A stretch of DNA of 64,000 bases from an uncultured cyanobacterium (lineage in GTDB: Bacteria; Cyanobacteriota; Cyanobacteriia; Cyanobacteriales; Nostocaceae). A program made the translations under genes and the position numbers. Every line of letters begins with the position of its first letter. Position 1 is the stretch's first letter. Positions 50,087-58,303 of the stretch are shown here, piece after piece. Under the pieces are notes generated by a model, which made no database searches, had not been told where the DNA came from, and saw only the letters and a program-made list of their open reading frames with translations. The stretch spans positions 4,160,001-4,224,000 of the forward strand of contig OY970166.1 of NCBI GenBank assembly GCA_963706595.1. The letters run 5' to 3'.

Positions 50087-53000
50087 ATGACCAGTGCATA
50101 TACTACCAATCAATCTGCTTTGTTGCTACCCAAACTCAAAGATGATTGTGATGTCAAGTCTGGGAATCCCGGGATTTGGGATTCTCAAGCCCCAAAAGCT
50201 TTTAATGATGTCGCCTCCAGCTTAGATTACAAAGCACCGGGAGAAGTTAAAAGTGTTAGTTCTGTTCCCACGATTTGGGCGCGTCCTTTATCAATGGAAA
50301 TGGCATTACACAATGATGCTTATCCGATTCGGGAACAAATGATCATTCAATGGCAAGGAATGTTAGCGGCTTTAGCATTAGCAGAAGTACGCGGTTTTCC
50401 GATTAAAGCGGAACTTTTGGAACTGGGAACGAAAAAGGATAGTCACGTTTTTGCCCGTTCTCTGTATGAACTTTTACCTGATCCAGTTAACACCCTTTAT
50501 ACGTTCAATAATAATAAACATCCTTGGGAAGATTTATATGTCTTTACTTGGAAGAATCAACCTATAGGGATGAGTTCTCCTAGTACCTTGGTTGTACCTT
50601 CAGAAGAAGGCATCTGGGACGGTTTACCTTGGTGGGATAGTAATATATTACAGTTGCGATCGCCTCATAATTACCTTAACGACACAGAAAAAGCCCAACT
50701 AGCATTTTGGTTAGATAACCTCCGCAGAGAAATTAGAAGATATAACGGTCAAAGTAAAGCAATTGACCGCATTGTTGGCTTAGTCAATGGCTTTATTAAC
50801 AGCTTAGGTGTGACAACTACACCTAACTTTCAATTTAGTGATAATCCTGCCTACTTTGAAGTAGAAATCAACCGAGGCGCGTTAACTGCACTCAATTTAC
50901 CTGTTAAAGTTGAGTCTAGGGAATCTAATGTGAGGATTGTTCCCAGTTTAGTTAAACCAAATGTTCCCCCACTACTGATAATTGATCCCGCCATTGCGAC
51001 CGCTTGGAATGAACCACCGCAGAACATTTGCGTTTATGAAGGTAAAAATTTAGCAGCTTTTCGTCCTGAAGATTTAGAAACCTGGAACCGGAGTAGAAAA
51101 GTAATCTGTCTGGAATCGAAAGATTTATTTTTACCAGACTTGAAATTTATTGATCAAGAAGGAATTTTACCAGGGGCTTTACTTCCCGAAGGAACTCAAA
51201 GCTTGGTCTTTAAAAATAGGAATATTACCCCTTTAATTCCTTTGAATCCGATTTTGTTAAATTACTTCACCCCAGAAGATTTAACCAAAAAGATTAAACT
51301 CCAACTGGTTAATAATGGTGCTGGCGGTTCACAAGTTCGGGTAAGTTTAACCTTACCTTTATATGGTGTTAAAGGTGGTAAAGTACCGCAAAACTTCTTT
51401 TTAGTTAAAGACTATCCTTTGCTAGAAGAAAACATCATTTACCAAGTACCTGTTTTAGAGGTATGGCCTGACTTCCGTGCTGAAGGTTGGAAAGAATATT
51501 ACGGCTTTTACTACGATGCTGAATATGGGGAAGAAACATTTCAAGTCAGTTTCCCCAATGCGAAAGATATTCATATTTTTAAAGAACGTAAAGGTTCTTA
51601 TCAAACAGTACAGCTAGAGGAATTTCCAGCATTTATTGAGTGTAAAGACATTTATACCAATACTGTTGGATTAATCCTATTAGCTACTCCAGAAGAAATT
51701 TCTCCAGTCGGAAACTGGGTAGTTGGTGTTGACTTTGGAACTTCTTTTACTAACGTATATGTCAACAAAAATGATAAAGTTACAGAAAGACTAAATCTAG
51801 AAAATCTGCATCGTAAAATTACTTACGTGTTGGTGGAAACTAGATTTCCAGTATTGTTTGAATACTTTATTCCCGAAAGCTTTATTCCCATAGATAAACC
51901 TTTCCCCATGTCTACTGTATTAACAAGGAAAGGCAGCAAAAATGCCAATGAAGACCAATTAAATCCAATTTTTGATGGTCGGCTGTATATTCCTGCTCGT
52001 AATCGCTTTGAGCCTCAACAGACATGGATTAGAACCAATCTTAAATGGGACACTATTAACTTAACCGATAATCAACTTTTTCTCAAACACCTGGCGCTAC
52101 ATATTACTGCGATCGCAGCTAAAAATGGCGTAAAAAATATTCAATGGTCTTTATCATTTCCATCTGCTTTCTCAGCAAAACAAGAACAAAATTATGCCAA
52201 GAATTGGCAGAAAATAACCAAAGAAATAGAAGCTAAGTCAAGTATTAAACACCAGAGTCCCGCCAAAGATGACCCCACTTATTTCCGTACAGAAAGTTTA
52301 GCATTTGCTCAATACTTTGCTGAATACGAAGATGAAAATCTTGTCAATACAACTTGTATTGATATGGGTGGTGGAACATCAGATATTTCCATTTGGCAGG
52401 ATGATGAGCTAGTTCATCAATGTTCAGTTGAATTAGCAGGTCGTGATTTATTCTCTCAATTCATTAAAATTAATCTTAATTTTCTCAAGAAGTTAGATAT
52501 CAATCCTGATGAGTGGAAAACACTGAACAAAGAAGAAGCTTTCAATGCCAAACTCGATGTATGGATGCGTCTAGAAGCCGCTAATTGGTTAGAGAAAAAA
52601 CGAGATTTATTAGAAGAAGATAAAGACTTTCAAGGACTGCTGCGTTTAATGGCAATAGGTGTATCTGGCTTATACTTTTATGTTGGTCAGATTCTTTCTG
52701 TTCTACACAAAGAGGATAAATATACTCTTGATGAAATTACTCCAGTGTATATAGGTGGTAATGGTTCGCGTTTGTTGCATTGGTTGGCTGAAGGTGGTGA
52801 ATTTGATAAAAATTCAGAAATTAATGGTTTATTAAGTCGAATGATGAGTGTAGCTTCTGGTTTTACTGATACAGAAGAACTCACACGCCTAAGTCAAAAT
52901 CCCAAAGATGAAGCTGCTTGCGGTCTAGTTTTGAAAGATAAAAAACTCAAAGGGTTAAATAAAAAGGAAAAAGATCATGTAATTGCCGGCGAAGATTGTG

Positions 53001-53362
53001 AAATTGATGGTCAAATCTTTAGTTGGCAAGATCGGTTACAAATTAAAGCAAAAACAATTTCTAAATATCAAATTCCTGAACTAACTCAGCTAAGATTATT
53101 TCTTGATGCTTTCCATGCTAGTTTAGAAGACTTAGGAATTGATGGCATTAAACCTCTAGAAGGTTATGAATTTGAAAAAGAATATCCAGATGATCCAGAC
53201 CCTGACTATAATCAAAAACTATGGAAAGCTACAGCTAGGGAGTTAAAAGATTCTTTAAATTCTATTAAAGGTGATGTTGAAAATATCCGTGAAGAACCAC
53301 CATTCATTCTAGCGTTAAAAGCATTGCTCAAAGTTTTAGCTAAGAATTGGGCTGGTAAATAA
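50087..53362 (+). CDS. Large protein with C-terminal actin/Hsp70 (ASKHA) fold ATPase domain
   Basis: Phosphate-1 VGVDFGTSFT, connect-1 TESLAFA, phosphate-2 IDMGGGTSDIS, adenosine IGGNGSRL, connect-2 PKDEAACGL; ATG 50087 with AAGGA SD. Confidence 0.8.
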   Translation: MTSAYTTNQSALLLPKLKDDCDVKSGNPGIWDSQAPKAFNDVASSLDYKAPGEVKSVSSVPTIWARPLSMEMALHNDAYPIREQMIIQWQGMLAALALAEVRGFPIKAELLELGTKKDSHVFARSLYELLPDPVNTLYTFNNNKHPWEDLYVFTWKNQPIGMSSPSTLVVPSEEGIWDGLPWWDSNILQLRSPHNYLNDTEKAQLAFWLDNLRREIRRYNGQSKAIDRIVGLVNGFINSLGVTTTPNFQFSDNPAYFEVEINRGALTALNLPVKVESRESNVRIVPSLVKPNVPPLLIIDPAIATAWNEPPQNICVYEGKNLAAFRPEDLETWNRSRKVICLESKDLFLPDLKFIDQEGILPGALLPEGTQSLVFKNRNITPLIPLNPILLNYFTPEDLTKKIKLQLVNNGAGGSQVRVSLTLPLYGVKGGKVPQNFFLVKDYPLLEENIIYQVPVLEVWPDFRAEGWKEYYGFYYDAEYGEETFQVSFPNAKDIHIFKERKGSYQTVQLEEFPAFIECKDIYTNTVGLILLATPEEISPVGNWVVGVDFGTSFTNVYVNKNDKVTERLNLENLHRKITYVLVETRFPVLFEYFIPESFIPIDKPFPMSTVLTRKGSKNANEDQLNPIFDGRLYIPARNRFEPQQTWIRTNLKWDTINLTDNQLFLKHLALHITAIAAKNGVKNIQWSLSFPSAFSAKQEQNYAKNWQKITKEIEAKSSIKHQSPAKDDPTYFRTESLAFAQYFAEYEDENLVNTTCIDMGGGTSDISIWQDDELVHQCSVELAGRDLFSQFIKINLNFLKKLDINPDEWKTLNKEEAFNAKLDVWMRLEAANWLEKKRDLLEEDKDFQGLLRLMAIGVSGLYFYVGQILSVLHKEDKYTLDEITPVYIGGNGSRLLHWLAEGGEFDKNSEINGLLSRMMSVASGFTDTEELTRLSQNPKDEAACGLVLKDKKLKGLNKKEKDHVIAGEDCEIDGQIFSWQDRLQIKAKTISKYQIPELTQLRLFLDAFHASLEDLGIDGIKPLEGYEFEKEYPDDPDPDYNQKLWKATARELKDSLNSIKGDVENIREEPPFILALKALLKVLAKNWAGK

Positions 53363-53379
53363 AACACTTGCTTTAAAAG

Positions 53380-53404
53380 TGGGCGATATATTCATATTCG
53401 CCCA
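53380..53404 (+). other. Intra-operon stem-loop
   Basis: TGGGCGATAT...ATATTCGCCCA without a T-tract. Confidence 0.45.
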
Positions 53405-53446
53405 AATTATATTAAAGTCAGTAAATCAACTATAAGGAGGTTAAAA

Positions 53447-54259
53447 ATGGAAAAAAATTCTAATAAATGTCCAGTTTGTCACACTGAATTTAGTGAGCAG
53501 GAAAAAAGAGAAATAGTAATAAACAATATAAATAAAATAAATAACTTTAAGATAAATTGTGAAAAACTAAACGAAGAAAATAAAAACTTGAGAATTCACA
53601 TAGAGGAATTAAACCAAAAAATACAAGAACTTCAAGAACAATTAATCAAGTATGACAGTCCTGATGATTCAGTAGTTCAATATAATGATGTAGAAATACA
53701 AGAACTTCTACAGAAATTAAAACATCCACTGGTTATTGAGGCTATTAAAAACATAATTCATAATCATGTTGAAAGCCAAGATAATTCAATATCTAATCAA
53801 GTTGGAGAAGATCTCAAAAATCAAAATGTAGATGAAATAATAACTGATGATGTAGAAAATAATTCTCCTGAGTCTGATACAGCTATAACATTACACGAAC
53901 AGGAATTAGTCAAGAATTATCAAGATTCAAATTTCGATTTTCAGCAATTTATAATTAGGGTCTCTGAACCAGAGCAAAGTCAAACTAATCGTTGGGGTGG
54001 TAGTAAAGAAGCAACAAGTTTTAAATATAATCGCCAAGGTAATTATTGGATAGTCAATATGGATAATGGTTTGTATATCGTGCCTCAAAAAAAGTTTAAG
54101 ATTAATGAATATAGCCAAGAAACATTAACCTCAACTTTTGATTGTCGTAACTATCAACCAGGAAAATCAGAAGATTTTGTTTTAATAAAACCTGGGAAAG
54201 TAATTGCTATAAGCGCAGAGGAATGGCAATTAGTAGAACGTGGTATCCTACACTTTTAA
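53447..54259 (+). CDS. Hypothetical coiled-coil protein with C-terminal repeat-family domain (copy 1)
   Basis: AAGGAGG SD; CPVC, coiled coil, GNYW...KPGKV...WQLVERGILHF. Confidence 0.8.
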   Translation: MEKNSNKCPVCHTEFSEQEKREIVINNINKINNFKINCEKLNEENKNLRIHIEELNQKIQELQEQLIKYDSPDDSVVQYNDVEIQELLQKLKHPLVIEAIKNIIHNHVESQDNSISNQVGEDLKNQNVDEIITDDVENNSPESDTAITLHEQELVKNYQDSNFDFQQFIIRVSEPEQSQTNRWGGSKEATSFKYNRQGNYWIVNMDNGLYIVPQKKFKINEYSQETLTSTFDCRNYQPGKSEDFVLIKPGKVIAISAEEWQLVERGILHF

Positions 54260-54269
54260 TCATTACATT

Positions 54270-55718
54270 ATGTTAAAAAGCAATTACATCAAATCTCTCC
54301 CTGTAGTTTTACTAATATCTCTGATGGTTGGGTGTGAACGTCCTCCCTTGGATTCCCAAAATAGTAATCCTACAGTTAAAATCAGTACATCTCCAATTGT
54401 TCAAGAGAAACCAGATAATTTAAATGCAGTTTTATCTGCATACAGTGAATTTAAGAACTCAATCACTAAGCTTAATTCTGAACTGAAAAATTTTGTAGTA
54501 GGGAATTTACAGCCAGACCAAGTAAATTTTAGCGAACCTAACAAAAAGCTAATTAAATTACAGGAATCTATTTTAGCTTTAAAAATACAGCTTAATGGCA
54601 TAAGTAATAATTCCGATATTAATCAATCTATTGATGATATAAATACAACAATTACAGATATTCAGAGAGTAATTAAACCAATAGAAAAAGGATTAAATTC
54701 TGCTGTTGTGCGTGAAGTTCAACAATTAATAGACCTGCAAAAAAATACAGGAATAGCTCCTACAGGTATTTTTAAAACCACTACACAGGAACAACTCGAA
54801 AAATTCCTTGTGCTAAGACTTGGAAATTTAGACCAGCAATTTAAAGAAATTGATAACCTTATTCAAAAAACAGAAAATATTTCCATTAATAACAATATTA
54901 TTAATCCTGATAGTCCAATTATCGCAAATTCTACGGCGGAAAATCAGGACGAAATTCTGATATCTAAATCAGCACTTGATAATATTTATAACCGGCTGAA
55001 TCTGACTGTGACTATTACCAGTTGTGGGTTTATTATCCTAGCTGGATTATTCGCATGGTTGATGTATAGGCTAAATCTCGTCGAAACCAGACTAAAATCT
55101 AGTAATTCCTCAAAAAATGAAACTCAATTAGGGAATATTAAAAATTATATTGAGAGCGAATTTACACAGATTGAACAGTATTTACAAAGTTTAGATACTA
55201 GGTTCAAAAATTTAGAAATATCTTCTCAAAATTATAGTTCACCAAATTATAAAGGTGAAAATAATCAATCCTATACTTCACAAAGTAACACAGCAACAAA
55301 TCATCCACAACCTAAAGTAGTAAATATTTCTCATTCTCAATCATCTACATCGAATAAAGAAACTCAGATAGTGACATTATATAATAATCAGCCTCGTTCT
55401 CTATCTGCAAATGCAATTACTGTGGCAGAAACTGATCACACAGTTGAACAACGTCGTATGGGTAGAACTGTTGCACCTATTTTAGAGGAAAATCAGCTAG
55501 GTAATTATTGGATAATTCAAGAAGGTCATAACGAATATCTTGTACCTAAAGGAAGTATTAAAATTAATGAATATAACTATGAAACAATATCAAGCTGTTT
55601 TGAATGTTTAGCATATAATCCAAATTATTCCAGTAATTTTATATTGTTAAAACTAGCAATAGTTTCATCTATAGGACAAAATTGGCAATTAATAGAACCA
55701 GGTGAATTACAATTTTAA
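54270..55718 (+). CDS. Putative lipoprotein with internal TM helix and C-terminal repeat-family domain (copy 2)
   Basis: Lipobox LMVGC, TM ITSCGFIILAGLFAWLMY, GNYW...WQLIEPGELQF; ATG 54270. Confidence 0.75.
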   Translation: MLKSNYIKSLPVVLLISLMVGCERPPLDSQNSNPTVKISTSPIVQEKPDNLNAVLSAYSEFKNSITKLNSELKNFVVGNLQPDQVNFSEPNKKLIKLQESILALKIQLNGISNNSDINQSIDDINTTITDIQRVIKPIEKGLNSAVVREVQQLIDLQKNTGIAPTGIFKTTTQEQLEKFLVLRLGNLDQQFKEIDNLIQKTENISINNNIINPDSPIIANSTAENQDEILISKSALDNIYNRLNLTVTITSCGFIILAGLFAWLMYRLNLVETRLKSSNSSKNETQLGNIKNYIESEFTQIEQYLQSLDTRFKNLEISSQNYSSPNYKGENNQSYTSQSNTATNHPQPKVVNISHSQSSTSNKETQIVTLYNNQPRSLSANAITVAETDHTVEQRRMGRTVAPILEENQLGNYWIIQEGHNEYLVPKGSIKINEYNYETISSCFECLAYNPNYSSNFILLKLAIVSSIGQNWQLIEPGELQF

Positions 55719-55732
55719 TCAACACAAATTAC

Positions 55733-56848
55733 ATGGAAATGCAAAATATTGAAAAGGTGGATTTTTCGGAAAATGAATTAATTATATTATATAATTATAT
55801 TCCCCGTCTAATTGAAAAATCTGCAATATTAGTTAATTTATCTCCTAGTTACTATACAAACGGTAAGCAGGAAATATTGCTGACAGAAGATACAAAAGGA
55901 AATTACTGGGTTATTGCAACTGATTATGATATTTATTGGCTGTTTCCCATTGCGACACTCAAGGGTAAATTTAACCACCATGTCAATGAAGCATTAAATC
56001 TATTATTTGAGTTTAAAAATTACGAAAATTCAGAAAATCGTGAATTTACGCTGAAAAAACCAGCTAAAGTTTATCCTGCGATTAGTCGGGAAGGTTGGAT
56101 ACTAGAATCAACAGGTTTTCTGGATTTTACTAATTTACGGTTATTATCTATTGAAACATCAAATGGCAACAGCAATAAAATACCATTAATACAGGAAAAT
56201 TCAACTTTACAGCTATCACAAAAAGAATTTGAGGAATATAGAAGTAAAGTTGAGGCGGAAATTAATCTATTAAAAATGCAAGTTCAACAGTTGACGGAAG
56301 CGCGAGAACAATTTAAAACCGAAATTAAAGAAATTAAGGATAGGTATTTTAGTTTAGAAACTCAACTACCAGCGACAGCAGAACACAATAGTTCTAGTAA
56401 TCATCAGGTTGAGAATACTCAAGAGGTAAAAATATCAAATCAGGATAATTCAATTAATATATCTACAGAATTAAATCTCACTTCTGAAGAATTACGAATT
56501 GTTGAAACATATAATTATAATCCTGTGATAATTTCACAGCAAGCGAAGCAAGTTTCTGAAACTACAACTAGTATTGAAAAGCGTAGTCAGGGTATTAATG
56601 ATACAGTTGTTTTAGAAAAACAATCTCAAGGTCATTACTGGTTGGTTGGTAAAGAGACATTATATTTAATGCCTAGACGAGGTTTCAAGATAAATCGCTC
56701 AACTGTAGATACTTTTAAAGCTTTATTTCAATTTCGAGGAAGTAAAGTTCCAAGTAAGTTTAAGTTAATCAAACCTGCTCAGGTAGCTATGATAATTAAT
56801 TCACAAACTTGGCAACTAACCGAGCGGGGAATTATTGAATTTGAATAA
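55733..56848 (+). CDS. Hypothetical protein with two repeat-family domains (copies 3, 4) around a coiled coil
   Basis: GNYW...KPAKV...WILESTGFLDF and GHYW...KPAQV...WQLTERGIIEF. Confidence 0.8.
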   Translation: MEMQNIEKVDFSENELIILYNYIPRLIEKSAILVNLSPSYYTNGKQEILLTEDTKGNYWVIATDYDIYWLFPIATLKGKFNHHVNEALNLLFEFKNYENSENREFTLKKPAKVYPAISREGWILESTGFLDFTNLRLLSIETSNGNSNKIPLIQENSTLQLSQKEFEEYRSKVEAEINLLKMQVQQLTEAREQFKTEIKEIKDRYFSLETQLPATAEHNSSSNHQVENTQEVKISNQDNSINISTELNLTSEELRIVETYNYNPVIISQQAKQVSETTTSIEKRSQGINDTVVLEKQSQGHYWLVGKETLYLMPRRGFKINRSTVDTFKALFQFRGSKVPSKFKLIKPAQVAMIINSQTWQLTERGIIEFE

Positions 56849-57191
56849 GCTTAAGTAAGTTGTTGAGAAAAATTTAATGTATATAAAAAGATATTAGCTG
56901 TTGCACTGTAAATTGGTGAAGGTGCGTTGCGCTTCGCGACAACACACCCTACTTAATTTGTCTTTAGATTGTCAGAAGTATTCGTGCTTACCTACTTATT
57001 TATATGAAGTATAATTTACGAAGTCTCAAACCTAAAACAGAAAAGCTGTTAGATAAACTCAAGGAACTGAAACTTCAACTGCAAGATTTATTTTTACCTA
57101 AAATAGGGGGGAAATGTGTACACAACCTATATTTATAGTAGAATTAAAGGCTTTATTGACTATTTTATCACAAAGGTGGGATTAATAACTA

Positions 57192-57926
57192 ATGTCTACA
57201 ATAAAGTTTGATGAACTTGTCCGCAGTTTTAATAATTTGAGACAACTTTGTTATCAGAATTTTGCCGTTAGAATAACTAATATAGAAGATTATCTATCTA
57301 CACTTACTGACCGAGTTATAGAGGGAAAGGTGATAGTTAATGGTAATTTTGAGGCAGAAAAAGTTAGCCGTGTGAATATTTCTGAGTCTCAGTTGGTGCA
57401 AGTTTATAATGATGTTCCTCAAGTTTTAGGGAAAAATTCTGTTGTTTTGGAATTAACTGCTAAAAGTTATCGTAATCTTCAACATGGTGAACCAATTTTC
57501 CTGGAAAATGATGAGAATGGTAAATATTGGATGATTACAACTGATATAGATCGGTTTTTTGTTGTGCCAAGTATGAATGTTAAATCAAATATACACAAAT
57601 TAAGAACTGTCAAAATGTTGTTTGATTTCTCTGGTGATGAGCCGTCAGCAGATAGTGATTTTATATTAATTGAACCTGCAAAAGTTTCTAGTCAAGCCAG
57701 TGGTAAGGAATGGAAACTAAAAGAAAGGGGGATTTTGGAATTTAAGAATGCTTTTTTGCCGAATCAAAATTTTCAAACAAATGTGGAAGATTCTAATTTA
57801 GAAATAAAAAAAATTGCTCAACAGTTAGATGATTTAAAAATTCAGTTCTATGAGTCGCAGCAAGAAAGAATAAAATTACAGTTGCAAGTTGAAGAAATAG
57901 CGAATAAGTTAAAATGGTTAGATTAA
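57192..57926 (+). CDS. Hypothetical protein with repeat-family domain (copy 5) and C-terminal coiled coil
   Basis: GKYW...EPAKV...WKLKERGILEF. Confidence 0.8.
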   Translation: MSTIKFDELVRSFNNLRQLCYQNFAVRITNIEDYLSTLTDRVIEGKVIVNGNFEAEKVSRVNISESQLVQVYNDVPQVLGKNSVVLELTAKSYRNLQHGEPIFLENDENGKYWMITTDIDRFFVVPSMNVKSNIHKLRTVKMLFDFSGDEPSADSDFILIEPAKVSSQASGKEWKLKERGILEFKNAFLPNQNFQTNVEDSNLEIKKIAQQLDDLKIQFYESQQERIKLQLQVEEIANKLKWLD

Positions 57927-57942
57927 TTTAGTTTTAATAAGC

Positions 57943-58044
57943 TATAGCGGTTATCAGTTAAGTGAGATGAACCCCACCCCCAACCCCCTCCCCGCAAGCG
58001 AGGAGGGGGCTATGATGTACTTCATTGAAGTGGATACCGCTATA
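57943..58044. repeat. MITE-like repeat
   Basis: TATAGCGGT...ACCGCTATA TIR; copy of 35795-35991. Confidence 0.8.
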
Positions 58045-58303
58045 ATCTCTATTTAATATCAATGTCAATGTCGCATGAATGAATATTTGTAATGGAGAAG
58101 GTCGCCAAGTGAAGAGGTTCAGAAATGATTTAGGACTGCTATAGGTTAGGTTGAGCAATGCAAAACCCAAAGTTGGCGAGGATGTTGGATTTCCCAAAGC
58201 CTCAACTCAACCTACTTTAATTATAAGTTGTAATTTAAATATGCGTTTTCGGTGAACTGTCGTAGAGAGCTTGTATACAATGTTTCTAGATTCGGTGGCA
58301 TTT

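Noticed and set aside
46015..58220. Tubulin/actin cluster as a discrete mobile element
   Set aside because: No integrase, transposase or att repeats; flanking repeats are genome-wide families and two HIP1 sites occur inside the ATPase gene
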